Of a stretch of 64,000 bases of DNA, positions 53,392 through 64,000 are shown one piece after another. Both the position numbers and the translations under genes were made by a program. This DNA is from Tubulanus polymorphus. Its lineage: Eukaryota; Animalia; Nemertea. The stretch's first letter is position 1. Each line of letters begins with the position of its first letter. The DNA lies in assembly GCF_964204645.1 (NCBI RefSeq), contig NC_134027.1:15532485-15596484 (forward strand), in the 5' to 3' direction. Under the pieces are notes generated by a model. That model had not been told where the DNA came from and ran no database searches. It saw nothing but the letters and a program-made list of their open reading frames with translations.

Positions 53392-54034
53392 AGGGCAAAT
53401 GCCATCAAAATTGTACTTTCCGCCATTTCTTAACCAGAAGAAACTTTAGTATATAACACCCTGAGATATAACTTATTGAAAAAAGGAGCACGAATTAGCC
53501 GTGATAGTTAGCGGAACAGTCATCTATTTATCCTTCACTCCATGCGTATAGTTCATATTCAACCCACGGGTGGCGCTATTTTTTATGTTAACTATGACAA
53601 TCAACACAAGCACGTGGCGCGCTAGTACGCGTAGCCTATGTATAATTGATAAAATAAACACCATTTGTTCACCGTATTCACTGACCTACAGCGCTACTCA
53701 CTTATATACGATTATCATGTCATATACAACGGTAGCAACATTATACAATGGTAAGAGTTTATTAATTAAAATCACTCCAAAATGATAAAATAACGCATGA
53801 AATGTCTAGTGAAATGATTGGAAGCCGTGAGCGTTTGTCAAAGATGACGTCAGAAACACGCACCTGCTAAGGTAAACAATAACAGTGAGCACGTGCTGAA
53901 ATTGCCGATTTAAAAGTCACATTTCTCAGTAATGGCTGAACTAAATTCAAACCAGTTCCATATTTGATATTTGTGAATACATCACATTTGAAAATGAATT
54001 TTACACAATATTCTATTTTGATGGCATATGCTCT
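53392..54034. mobile_element. Non-autonomous Kolobok-type element, copy A (643 bp)
   Basis: TIRs AGGGCAAATGCCATCAAAA / TTTTGATGGCATATGCTCT (17/19 match), TTAA on both sides. Confidence 0.82.
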
Positions 54035-54636
54035 TTAATGCCATCTTTAATTACTTGAGATTAGTTCTCATCGTTGATCAAAACACGGATCGTGGGCGTG
54101 TGGTGTTATCAATGCAGAAAGTACTGGATGCACGCTACCTGACGTGGTGCGCTGATATTATTTCGGTGTTTAAATGGGTGATGTTTTTTTTTGTCAAACG
54201 AAATAAACTCAATTCTTCAAAATGCCTCGTTTGTTTTGTGGAATATGTAGTTAAACTTCGACTTTGTCATCAATATTTCTTGCGACTGTGATTGAAGCTC
54301 CCGTACTCTTGAGTACTTAATTTGAGTGATATAATCGGGGTGGAAATCTCAGCTGACCAATTAATTTACGCTGGTTTTTACGTTAAGAGAAGCGACCGTC
54401 TGAAACTGCAAAGAATGATTTCACTGCGTAGAGTCCCTAACACTCCCCAGTCTCTCGGCATTGACGCGCGCGCTGTACGATCAATATCTCCATGTATAAG
54501 CGTGTTGCGTGTTAAACACGCACGCACGCATATAGCAGTATATTGAGCGTCGCCGTATTAACGCGCTACAGCGGCTTGAACTAAGGAGTAACGTTGATTA
54601 TTTTATAACCAAATTTGAGCACTTATAAAATCAGAA

Positions 54637-55744
54637 CAGACCTGCCAACATTGAATTTTTCAAGATAGTAACATTTTTCAAATTTGCCAGTATTTTTTAG
54701 ATTTTGCCAGTGACCCACTAGACTTGATGTGACCTTTGCCAGTAACATTTTCAATATAGCCAGTAACGAATTTTCGGATTAAAATCAGAATATAGAATAT
54801 TAAAACTACTAAAGAAATTAATTTTTAAAAATGCATTTATTATGAAATTAAACTTGAAACTGCAGTTTCCATAAAATATAAACAATTTTGAGACATCAGA
54901 CACACCCCATCACCTACTCGCACTATCACAGGTAAACTTAATCTACCATCAATTAAAGATTATAATTACCAGTTAACTCAACTAGAAAACAAAAGGGCCA
55001 GGGTTTGTTGTGTTATCAGTTCTAAAAAAATGTGAAATTTCAGAGAGTTTCGCTTTATCCTTATGTCCTTTTCTTTCACAATGACGTGAAATATCATTTA
55101 ATCCGCCATGTGAGATCACTATATCGATTTGACATATCGTACATCTTGCATGATATTTACTTAATTTCGATGCTATGAAACATGGATATTGTGCGCTGTA
55201 CGATTTTTTATACTTCTGTTTCCGATATTTCTTAATCATACGTTTTCTACTGCCTGTTACCGCAGTATCAGTTTCAGATTCCGACTCCAAAGAAGACGGA
55301 GAACCCTCCGAATTTTCCAGATTTGACAAAACGTCATGAACTTCGTCCGCCATTTGCAACATTCATGACAATTTGAGCGATGAAAATTACTCGTTGTAAT
55401 CGAAAATTCGCTAGACTGGTTCCCGGTATTACTCGTTGTAATCGAAAATTCGCTAGACTTGTTCCCGGCTTCCCGGAAACTTCGTGACAATTACTCAAAT
55501 AAAAACCAAACTTCCCTGTAATAAATGTTAATAAACCATTAAAATACCGATTATGTACTGCAAAATTACCTTTATTGACATAATATAAGGAGATTTTTAT
55601 TGAGGCCGTATTTATTTGCTCATTCGCGTGACATCGGAACGATATCGAAAAAAAGCGTATTCCATTGCCTGTGCCAGTAACGCCGTATTACCGCGGGTAG
55701 CACCGGAACGGAATACGGCAAAAACGTAACGGTTGGCAGGTGTG
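54637..55744 (-). mobile_element. Internally deleted hAT-like element retaining a BED-like zinc finger ORF (54982-55362)
   Basis: TIR CAGACCTGCCAAC / GTTGGCAGGTGTG; TCAGAA duplicated. ORF HARCTICQIDIVISHGGLNDISRHCERKGHK. A ~42-bp tandem duplication at ~55387-55468. Confidence 0.8.
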
Positions 55745-56996
55745 TCAGAATCAAAATTAAACCAAGCTGCACCATCTACACGAAGTACAGAATATATGTG
55801 CTAATTTACAGAAAAAACGGTCAACACAAGCAGCTTTAATCGTGTCATAAAGAAACATCCACAGACGGACGGACGGACAGAGAGACATGAAAACGATGCC
55901 ATAGATGGGTTCATCTGATGTCGAAAACCATCAATAAAACCCGGAAGTAAAACGGTAGACGAAACCTTGGGTTCACGTGAAGATCTGCTGATCTCTGCGG
56001 CTAAGCCAATCATAGAGGAGTCTTTGCTTTCTGATTGGCTTTTCAAAACCAATATTTTTGCGATCAGATATTCGCGAAAAAGCTCATATAAATTTTAACG
56101 AGGCCCTCTATCAAAATTCAGCTATGTAGAGTTTGGAGAATGGATAAAGCTTTAATGAATGATTTCTATGAATATATGCTCAGTTGCACAGTAAAAGAGC
56201 CTTTGCTCTGGAAACCATGTCATTTTAATTCGCTCCATTTGTATAGTAACAGGCTCAGCCTACGGCTGGCCTAAAAATAGCACCGCCTTGTATGTGAATT
56301 ACAGGCCTACGCACGGAGTAAAGAATAAATAAATGACTAATTTACGGCTACTTCTAGCAACTTATTTCGATAAGTCAGGTCTCAGGTCGTTATACATATA
56401 ATTAAGTTTCTTCTGGTTAAGAATTTGCGGGAAGTTCCATTTTGACAGCATTTGCCCTTTAAGAGAACGAATAATCAATTTCTTTTCACAATTACTCAGA
56501 GAAATTTTCAGGATCTTGGGTAAATAGAACTACTTTTGGCTGGAGGAAAGTGTCCGTTTAACAGCATAAACACAGCCTCATGGAAACCCCGACTAGTTAA
56601 AATGAAATCTGTCCTCTTTTGGGGACCACACTTGTCCATTGCCCATTCTACCTAGGATAGGATCCGGGGCAGTGTCTTAGTGTTGTTTTTGGTGCGTGGT
56701 TGTTTTTGGTGCGTGGTTAAGTATTTAGTGTTTTTGTGATTTATTTGCTGCAACATTTTTGGCATGTAGGTTGGTTCTATAGTATTTTTCTGAGTTTCTG
56801 TAAATGTGTGTAAGATGGAAAGCAATTGAGAATCATTGTTTAAGTATTCATTTGAGTAAATAACTTTGCGACAGTGTTTTGTTTGTTTGTCGCCAGTGGA
56901 GAGGAACCTTTACAACCAAGCTTGGTTTTTCATCTTCATCTCTCTCGGGGCAAGCTGAATGGATGTACTGTTAATGAAATTTCAAGAGTTGCCTAC

Positions 56997-57274
56997 CTGG
57001 GCTGCAGTATAACTGTCCAGGCACAAATTCAGCTGCTTTCACCCACTGCACAGGGTCTTTGTGTATTGGCGATTCTACAGTCATACCGGACTCAAGGTCG
57101 ACCCCGCTGTCATTTGATTTACCTTTCTTCAGAGTAACAAGCTTATTGTTACAACTAACGATAACTTTATTGAGGGGAGGACATATTTTCCCATGATTGA
57201 TTTCATCAGATGCTGTTTCTATCTGTGGCTTATAAGGTATATTTTGAGGCAGTTTAGGTTTTGAATGGTCATAA
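56997..57274 (-). CDS. MKRN1: Makorin exon: end of ZF2, linker and PAM2-like motif
   Basis: (R)YDHSKPKLP...QWVKAAEFVPGQLYCSP. Poly-T cag acceptor and gtaggc donor; 278 nt, phase 2-1. WVxAxEFVPG matches the makorin PAM2-like motif. Confidence 0.92.
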
Positions 57275-57298
57275 CTGAAAAAAAAAAACAAGACATTA

Positions 57299-58749
57299 GG
57301 CTAAACAACTAGGGCTCTAGGGACACCATGCCCGCTTGGGAAGTGGTTTCAAATGCTCAACAATCTAACAATTTCAATATTCGATGCCCCCTGGTGACCA
57401 TATACAAAAACCAATGACCTTGAAACTCAACACATTCATAGAACATGTCAGCAGCTACGATTTTGTAATTGATTGTGATAACAAAATCGTTACCAATTTA
57501 ATATGGAAATACTAAGTTATTCTACTATTCAACGCCCCCTGGTGACCATATTCAAAACCAAATAACCTTGTACCTCACCACAATCATAGAACATGTCATG
57601 AACTACAACTTTGCAATTGATCATGGTAACAAAATATGCCTAGGAACCAATATAATCAGGAAATACTAGGTTATTCTAGAATATAGAATAACTAATGTCC
57701 TTAAAACTCTCCACAATCATAGACGATGTCATGAGCTACAACTTTGCAATTGATTGTGGTAACAAAATATGTATTAGTACAAATATAATATAGAATACTA
57801 ATAAAATAAGATATTGTATTATTCAACGCCCCCTGGTGGCCATATACAAAAACCAATGAACTTGAAACTCACCACAATCATAGAAAACGTTATAAGCTAC
57901 AACTTCCTAATTCATTGTCGTAACAAAATATGCTTAGGTATCAATATACTGTCAAACTTTTCCCACCTACGAATGAATACTGATAACACCCAAGATGGCC
58001 ACCAATTGCGTCATAGGGCCTAATTGGCCGTTCAAAAATACCAGTCTCAGGTATAAAACATCCCTTTCCAAAGACTACCCTTCAGCAATTGCAATGAGAA
58101 ATGGCAAACCACTAGGAAGCTACAGGACTCTGAATTCGGGCCAAAATTGACATTTTTCGGCACTTAAAAGCCCTTAGGACAACCATCTTGAGTCCGATCG
58201 ACCCGATTTTTGTTATGCTGATGAACCCTGGGGGGAGTTCAAATATATATGAAAGATCAAGGTAATTGATCAAGGCGTCTTCAAAATTTCCCTCAAAAAG
58301 TTCAAAAATGTGTAATAAGAGCTGACTTTGGCAAACAACAATGGCTGCCAGTCGGCCATCTTGATTCTGACAGGGCCAGTTTTTGGGCTGAAGATGTGTC
58401 TAGGGTAGATACATGTATAAACCAAATATCAAGACATTACCTTGAAGCGTCTTCAAAACTTCCCAAAATAACTGGATTCCGTCTACGGACGGACGAAAAG
58501 TGAACGCAAAAGCCCGCTGGGACTAAAGTCCCAAGTGGGCTAAAAATGATATCTTGTTTCTCCGCAGCACCCGGGTAATTTTTTAAGACATAATAAAAGT
58601 TGTAAACAGTTCATTTCTATAGCGGCCAAGTCTGTTATAGTAAATTTTATCACGACTAAAAAAAAATAATGTACAGGGTAGATAGGCGGTCGGCCAGGTA
58701 AACTTTTAATCTCAGCTGAGCGGAGAAACAAGATATCATTTTTTTAGCC
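57299..58749. mobile_element. Small (~210 bp) MITE with TTA duplication, left TIR split by an R1 insertion
   Basis: TTA-GGCTAAA|[R1]|AAAAATGATATCTTGTTTCTCCGC ... GCGGAGAAACAAGATATCATTTTTTTAGCC-TTA. Confidence 0.75.
57307..58545 (-). mobile_element. R1 HINE element inserted in the left TIR of a small MITE
   Basis: Same termini, tandem units and hairpin as the other R1 copies. Confidence 0.82.
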
Positions 58750-58844
58750 TTAGTTTCCATGATTGACATTCAACCCAATAACCGTTAAGTATTCCTTTGA
58801 AATATTTTGACCAGGAAGAAGCCAAAAATGAGCATAACACTTAC

Positions 58845-58970
58845 CGACAGCTTGATCCATATGTACAAGCACCTTTTAGATAAAACTTACAAACCATTGA
58901 TGGGTTAGAACTTCGATCATGGGCATAGCGGCAGTTATTTCCTTCTCGACAGATGCCATGCATATAATAT
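58845..58970 (-). CDS. MKRN1: Makorin exon: CCCH zinc fingers 1-2 (first exon lies upstream, not found in window)
   Basis: Reverse strand reads (R)YYMHGICREGNNCRYAHDRSSNPSMVCKFYLKGACTYGSSC(R). Flanked by ttttctag acceptor and gtaagt donor; 126 nt, phase 2-2. Not in the ORF track. Confidence 0.93.
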
Positions 58971-59767
58971 CTAGAAAATTAAGAAAATTATATCGTAATC
59001 ATATTACTAAGATACTTAAGACTTAGAAGCAGGTCTCACAGTTTGTCCTGGAATCTGAAAAGTCCAATTTTCAATAGGCCTAATGCAAGCCGAAAATACT
59101 GAAACTGGGTCAGAGTTTCACAAAAAAGGATTAACTTCTAAATCATAAGATAAAGTGAATTAGATCTGACAATGACGAACACCAATGGCCGCTGGTAAAC
59201 GGAATTACTTAGTGTCGAAATGTCGCTCAGAGAGTCTGTGTGACAGTAGGCTTCGGATGACTAGGGGCTCCCAAGGATCTAACTGCAATTTGGGTCACAT
59301 TTCTACTGTGTTATTAGTGTTATTAAAGAATAGTGTTACGGTAGGTATTTTCAAAAAAAATTCAAAATCATGGAAATTCAATTCAACACAGCATTGTAAT
59401 ATATAATATTACAATTATAATATTGTGAGTCGTCGATTGGTCTCTTGGCGACAAGAAGCTGCTTCATCCCCCATGATATAATTGACGCATCCCCGCCTCA
59501 TTGCGCATGTGTGCAATGCCTCATATGCATAAAGAAATAGGCAAAAACGAACAAAATGGCGGTCTTTCTCGCCGATTTAAAGGTCATTTTCGAGTATGTT
59601 CATCAATCCTTCTAAACAGTGTAAAATGGATATAAAAACGATGATTTAACTGGACTGCACAACTCTGCTGATTCGATTAACAGATTAACCCTCACAATAC
59701 CACTACCGTATGGCATACGGTACAAAAGCTAGCATACCCGTACCGTATGTGATACGGTATCACTTAA

Positions 59768-60652
59768 CCCTTCTTCTAGAAGGGCATATCTATCAGTATC
59801 AGCCGGTGCTGCCATCTGCATAAAATCCAAGGTGGCAACAGCCAGGAAAAAACAATTTGGCTGGATGAAACGGTTCAGCAGCTCGTATATGATGCTGACA
59901 GTGATGCTGGTGACTTGGAATTTGGTAGTGAACAAATTGAGAGTGACAACGAATATGACAGCAGCAGTTCAGATGATGAGAAAATAGGTTTATAGTGCCG
60001 GCAATGATTTTGATGAAAATGAAATCAGTGACAATTTTTTTAGACCCGGTTGATATGGTTGTCATGGCAATGGACACCAATAACAATAATGAAGAACCAG
60101 AAACTGTCCATCCTCAAGGTCACATATATCCAAATAATTTGTCTTATTTGTAAGCCCAATGGTTATCAACACCATGGTATACAATGTATCAGTGTTAAAT
60201 ACATAGGTAACGATTTTCTGAGGCCTGAAATTATGCCCCAATGAAACCCCTTACATCCGGCCTTCCAACATATCGGTGGAGAAGTTGGTAAATGAGTAGA
60301 AAAATAAATTTTTTAGTTGTTCGATTGCTTTGAAATTTTTACTACATAAAGTTACAATTTCAGTTGGAATTTTATAGATCAGTGCACTGGGAGACAGAGC
60401 AGTTTATCTGAAACTTTTTCGTGAATTTTTTTCATTGCGGCCATCTTGGAGTATGTGACCTTGACCTCAAGTTCACTTATATCCACATTATTTATGTCTA
60501 CATTGTTGGCCCAAAAGTTATCAACAACATGCTATATAAATTTTCTGTGTCAGATACCTTGGTAACTATTCTATGAAGTTTCAAATATACCCCTATAAAC
60601 CCCTAAATTACCTCTGGTACAGCAGCGGAGACACTATGTGGTATTGGAAGGG
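59768..60652. mobile_element. piggyBac-like non-autonomous element; truncated inverted copy at 22754-23538
   Basis: TTAA-CCCTTC ... GAAGGG-TTAA. About 780 bp are similar in reverse complement to 22754-23538, which also begins after TTAA. Confidence 0.75.
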
Positions 60653-61825
60653 TTAAGACCTATGTGAAGTATGCACACCTTAAATTAAGCGAAATATCCC
60701 AAAAAGATGATCATAGACAATCAAAAATGGGTAAAAGTGCAGATCCGCACCTCTCGTGATTAACGCAATCTACTGAATTACAAATCACTGTTCTCACTTC
60801 AGAATGTCTCACAGAATCCAATGCAGTGATTTATTTTATGATATCTCTTCTAGGAAGCAGATTTTTGGCCCGGTTTTTATCTCAGAATCGTGACGATCTT
60901 TCGATAGGACGCCATATTGGATTAGGAAATCTAAAGCGATGATTTGTCTTAAGTTATTACTGAAACGATGTGAGGGTAATCAGTACATAAAACTAATCAA
61001 ATTTTGGTCAACTGTCACTGGGGTTATTAATGCTAACCGAATTTCATGATATCATCGTTGAAAAAGACAAGAAATTTATATTTTTCTTCCTCAAAATGAG
61101 TGGGTCAAATCTTCACTTTAGATTGACCCTTCCAATGTGGCGTCCGGTTCAAGACGATTTCGAGACAAAATCCAGGCTAAAATGTACTTTCTAGTGTAGA
61201 TACCATAAAATAAACCAGTGTACTGAATTGCTGATGACATTTTGGGACTGAATCAGTGATAGGCCTATTTAATGTAAATGATTGCAGTCCTCCTTATTAC
61301 CGAGATGACGTATTTTACCGAGATGACACGAAATATAGTAATAATAAATATAGCTGCAAGCAGCGATAACGGGTTTCTGCCTTTCTGGATAGAATGTCGT
61401 TCAGGGATGCGAGCAAAGATTTCACCCGAAATCACTTCGTTACATTCCGTTTTTTTGAAAGAGTGCCACCTAGGGGTCAACTCACAACATGGATATGTTG
61501 ACCCACATGTGCTACCACGCCCAAAGTACTAATGTGCCAGGTTTTGGGGAAAATATCATCGAGAAGAACAAAGCTACGGTGTATTTACCTAGTGACAGTT
61601 CAAGCACATATTTGGTTATTATTAGTTCCGAAAAAAAGTCGACTAGATAAGAAAACCGAATTCGGCCCAAAGCACAAATTTGGCCTATAGGGTAAACTAT
61701 GCAGGAGGGAAGGCCTTGTAGTGTTACTATTAGTAGAGGAGTGACAAGTCAGTCTGACTGACAAGTCAAGCAATCAGATAGGGACTACAATTCACATATG
61801 AAATTGACGTCCAATATCCATTATA

Positions 61826-62939
61826 AACTAGGGGTCCAGGGACACCATGCCCACTTGGGAAGTGGTTTCAAATGCTCAACAATCTAACAATTTCAATATT
61901 CAACGCCCCCTGGTGACTATTTACAAAAACCAACGACCTTGAAACTCACCACAATCATAGAACATGTCAGCAGCTACGATTTTGTAATTGATTGTGATGA
62001 CAAAATACGCCTCGTTACCAATTTAATATGGAAATACTAAGTCATTCTATTATTCAACGCCCCCTGGTGACCATATAGAAAAACTAATGTCCTTAAAACT
62101 CGCAACAATCATAGATGATGTCATGAGCTAGGCCTACAACTTTGCAATTGATTGTGGTTACAAAATATGCCTAGGTACCAATATAATAAAGAAATGCCAA
62201 AATATTGTATTATTCAACACCCCCTGGTGGCCATATACGAAATCCAATTACCTTGAAACTCACCACAATCATAGAACACGTTATGAGCTACAACTTTCTA
62301 ATTGATTGTGGTAGCAAAATACGCTTAGGTATCAATATAATGTGGAAAAACGTTTTCCCACTTACGAATGAGTACTGGTGACACAAAGATGGCCGCCAAT
62401 TGCGTCATAATTGGCTGATGAAAAATACCTGTCTCAGGTATAAAACATCCCTTTCCAAAGAATACACATCATCACAAATTGCAATGAGAAATGGCAAACC
62501 AGTAGGAAGCCACAGGACTCAGAATTCGGGCCAAAATTAACAATTGGGCACTAAAAAGGTCATAGGACGGCCATCTTGAGTCCGACCGACCCAATTTTTG
62601 TTATGTTAATGGGCCCTGGGGGGATTCACATATATCCGAAAGATCAAGCTAATTGATCAAAGCGTCTTCAAAATTTCCCTCAAAAAGTTCAAAAATGTTC
62701 AAAAAGCTGATTTTGGCGAACAACAATGGCTGCTAGTCGGCCATCTTGATTCTGACAGGGCCAGTTTTTGGGCTGAAGATGTGTCTAGGGTAGATACATG
62801 TGTAACCCAAATATCAAGACGTTACCTTGAAGCGTCTTCGAAACTTCCCAAAATAACTGGATTCCGTCTACGGACGGCCGGACGGACGAAAAGTGAACGC
62901 AATAGCCCGCTGGGACTAAAGTCCCAAGTGGGCTAAAAA
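61826..62939 (-). mobile_element. R1 HINE element with three tandem units
   Basis: Same structure; units near 61901, 62055 and 62214; ACGG tract and hairpin at ~62870-62934. Confidence 0.82.
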
Positions 62940-64000
62940 CATAATCACGAACGGTATCATCACTCCCCAATACCATAGAAGTGTAAACTTCAGTTTACAC
63001 TTCTATGCCATTACTGACTGTCACTGGTCTCTGGCTAGAAATCATTCTTTATCGGTGCAGTAGGTATGAATTTTCAACTGACTTTGTTCTATGACAATAC
63101 CATCGCCGCTGCGTTACGATGTGATGTAGGCCTACATGTACAAGGGACCTCCAATTTGTAATGTATGTGATGTATAAACTGACTTTAGACCGTTTAATAT
63201 CGACGATAACAAGGTATCACCGACGCCGACATTTTCTGATGCTAACTAGTATGACCCGCCTTTTGGACCGGACCAATTCAATTAAGAAAACGCGTACCGG
63301 TACAGTAAATAAATTAACCGCTGTTGATTTTTCGAAGTATTGATATCCACGAACAAAACTATACTATTATAGAATGTTTAAAAGGAACTGCTTTTAATAA
63401 CAGTATGAATAAACTTACTTCACAAACAAGGAAGTACATTTTTAACTTGTGAATGGTCGAACCCCAGTTATTCACAGTAACCTGTGATTTGGATATTCTC
63501 GGAGCCTTCCTTCTTTATTTATTTATTTATGAAATGACGTCACAAACTTTCAGATCCGCGCCAGTATGCGCGCCATGATTGATGATTGCTATTTCCACCG
63601 GTGTTATCTTTAAGTAACTTCAAGTTTAAAATAGGAAGCACAGTAGCCTACATCCATAGAAACTACGCGCAGAAAGAGACAGTTATATTATCATCAGAGT
63701 TTAACATTTCGTTTCAAAGTTGTTAGTAGTCAAATCTAATAGAAGATGATTTTTATGTGACGAAACTCAGTGGAAAATATGTTAAAATAATAATCAGCAG
63801 GAATCAAAAGGGATTCGAACCCACTACGCCAAAGCTGTTCCCCGAACCCCTTGACCTCACGAGTATTTGGAGTCATTACTAGCCGACCAGAATCCGGTCG
63901 TACCAATCACAGCGCTTGTAACTAACGACAGAAGACATCGGATGGTTTTCCCGTTAAATGGACCAAACAGCGAACGTTCAATCGAACAAGGAAGTATTTC

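Larger units (their letters stand above)
52033..56275 (-). mobile_element. R2 copy split into 52033-52579 and 55933-56275
   Basis: The two halves match 5017-5570 and 5570-5912 contiguously (AGATCTTA.A|ATAAAACCCGG). Confidence 0.78.
51581..56458. mobile_element. Non-autonomous Kolobok-type element, copy B (inverted relative to copy A), split by ~4.2 kb of nested insertions
   Basis: 51581-52032 and 56276-56458 match the two adjoining parts of copy A in reverse complement. Flanks TCAA / TTAA. Confidence 0.8.

Noticed and set aside
59000-64000. Makorin first exon or promoter
   Set aside because: No minus-strand ATG exon ending in Cys-Arg with a phase-2 donor was found. It probably lies beyond the window.

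Overview
AT-rich animal (probably marine invertebrate) genomic DNA. The only host gene is a makorin (MKRN1-like CCCH/RING E3 ligase) on the minus strand: six exons between 58970 and 14019 splice in frame, and its first exon was not found in the window. Almost everything else is transposon DNA, often nested. The standout is a nearly intact 5.6-kb Kolobok DNA transposon (42727-48360; 19-bp TIRs, TTAA duplication) in a 20-kb makorin intron. It carries two convergent spliced genes. One is an 11-exon THAP+DDE transposase (~759 aa) whose only visible lesion is one stop codon in a frame-preserving exon. The other is an intact 2-exon KolX protein with a P2X7-ballast-like Cys-rich domain. Also present: a fragmented ISL2EU-type element (DDE_Tnp_4 transposase plus SAP/YqaJ exonuclease); hAT, piggyBac, Harbinger, pogo and MULE-type non-autonomous elements; two families of Helentron-associated (HINE/Pearl-like) repeats; two LINE relics; a Gypsy relic; and a tRNA-derived SINE. 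All calls were made by eye; no database searches were run.
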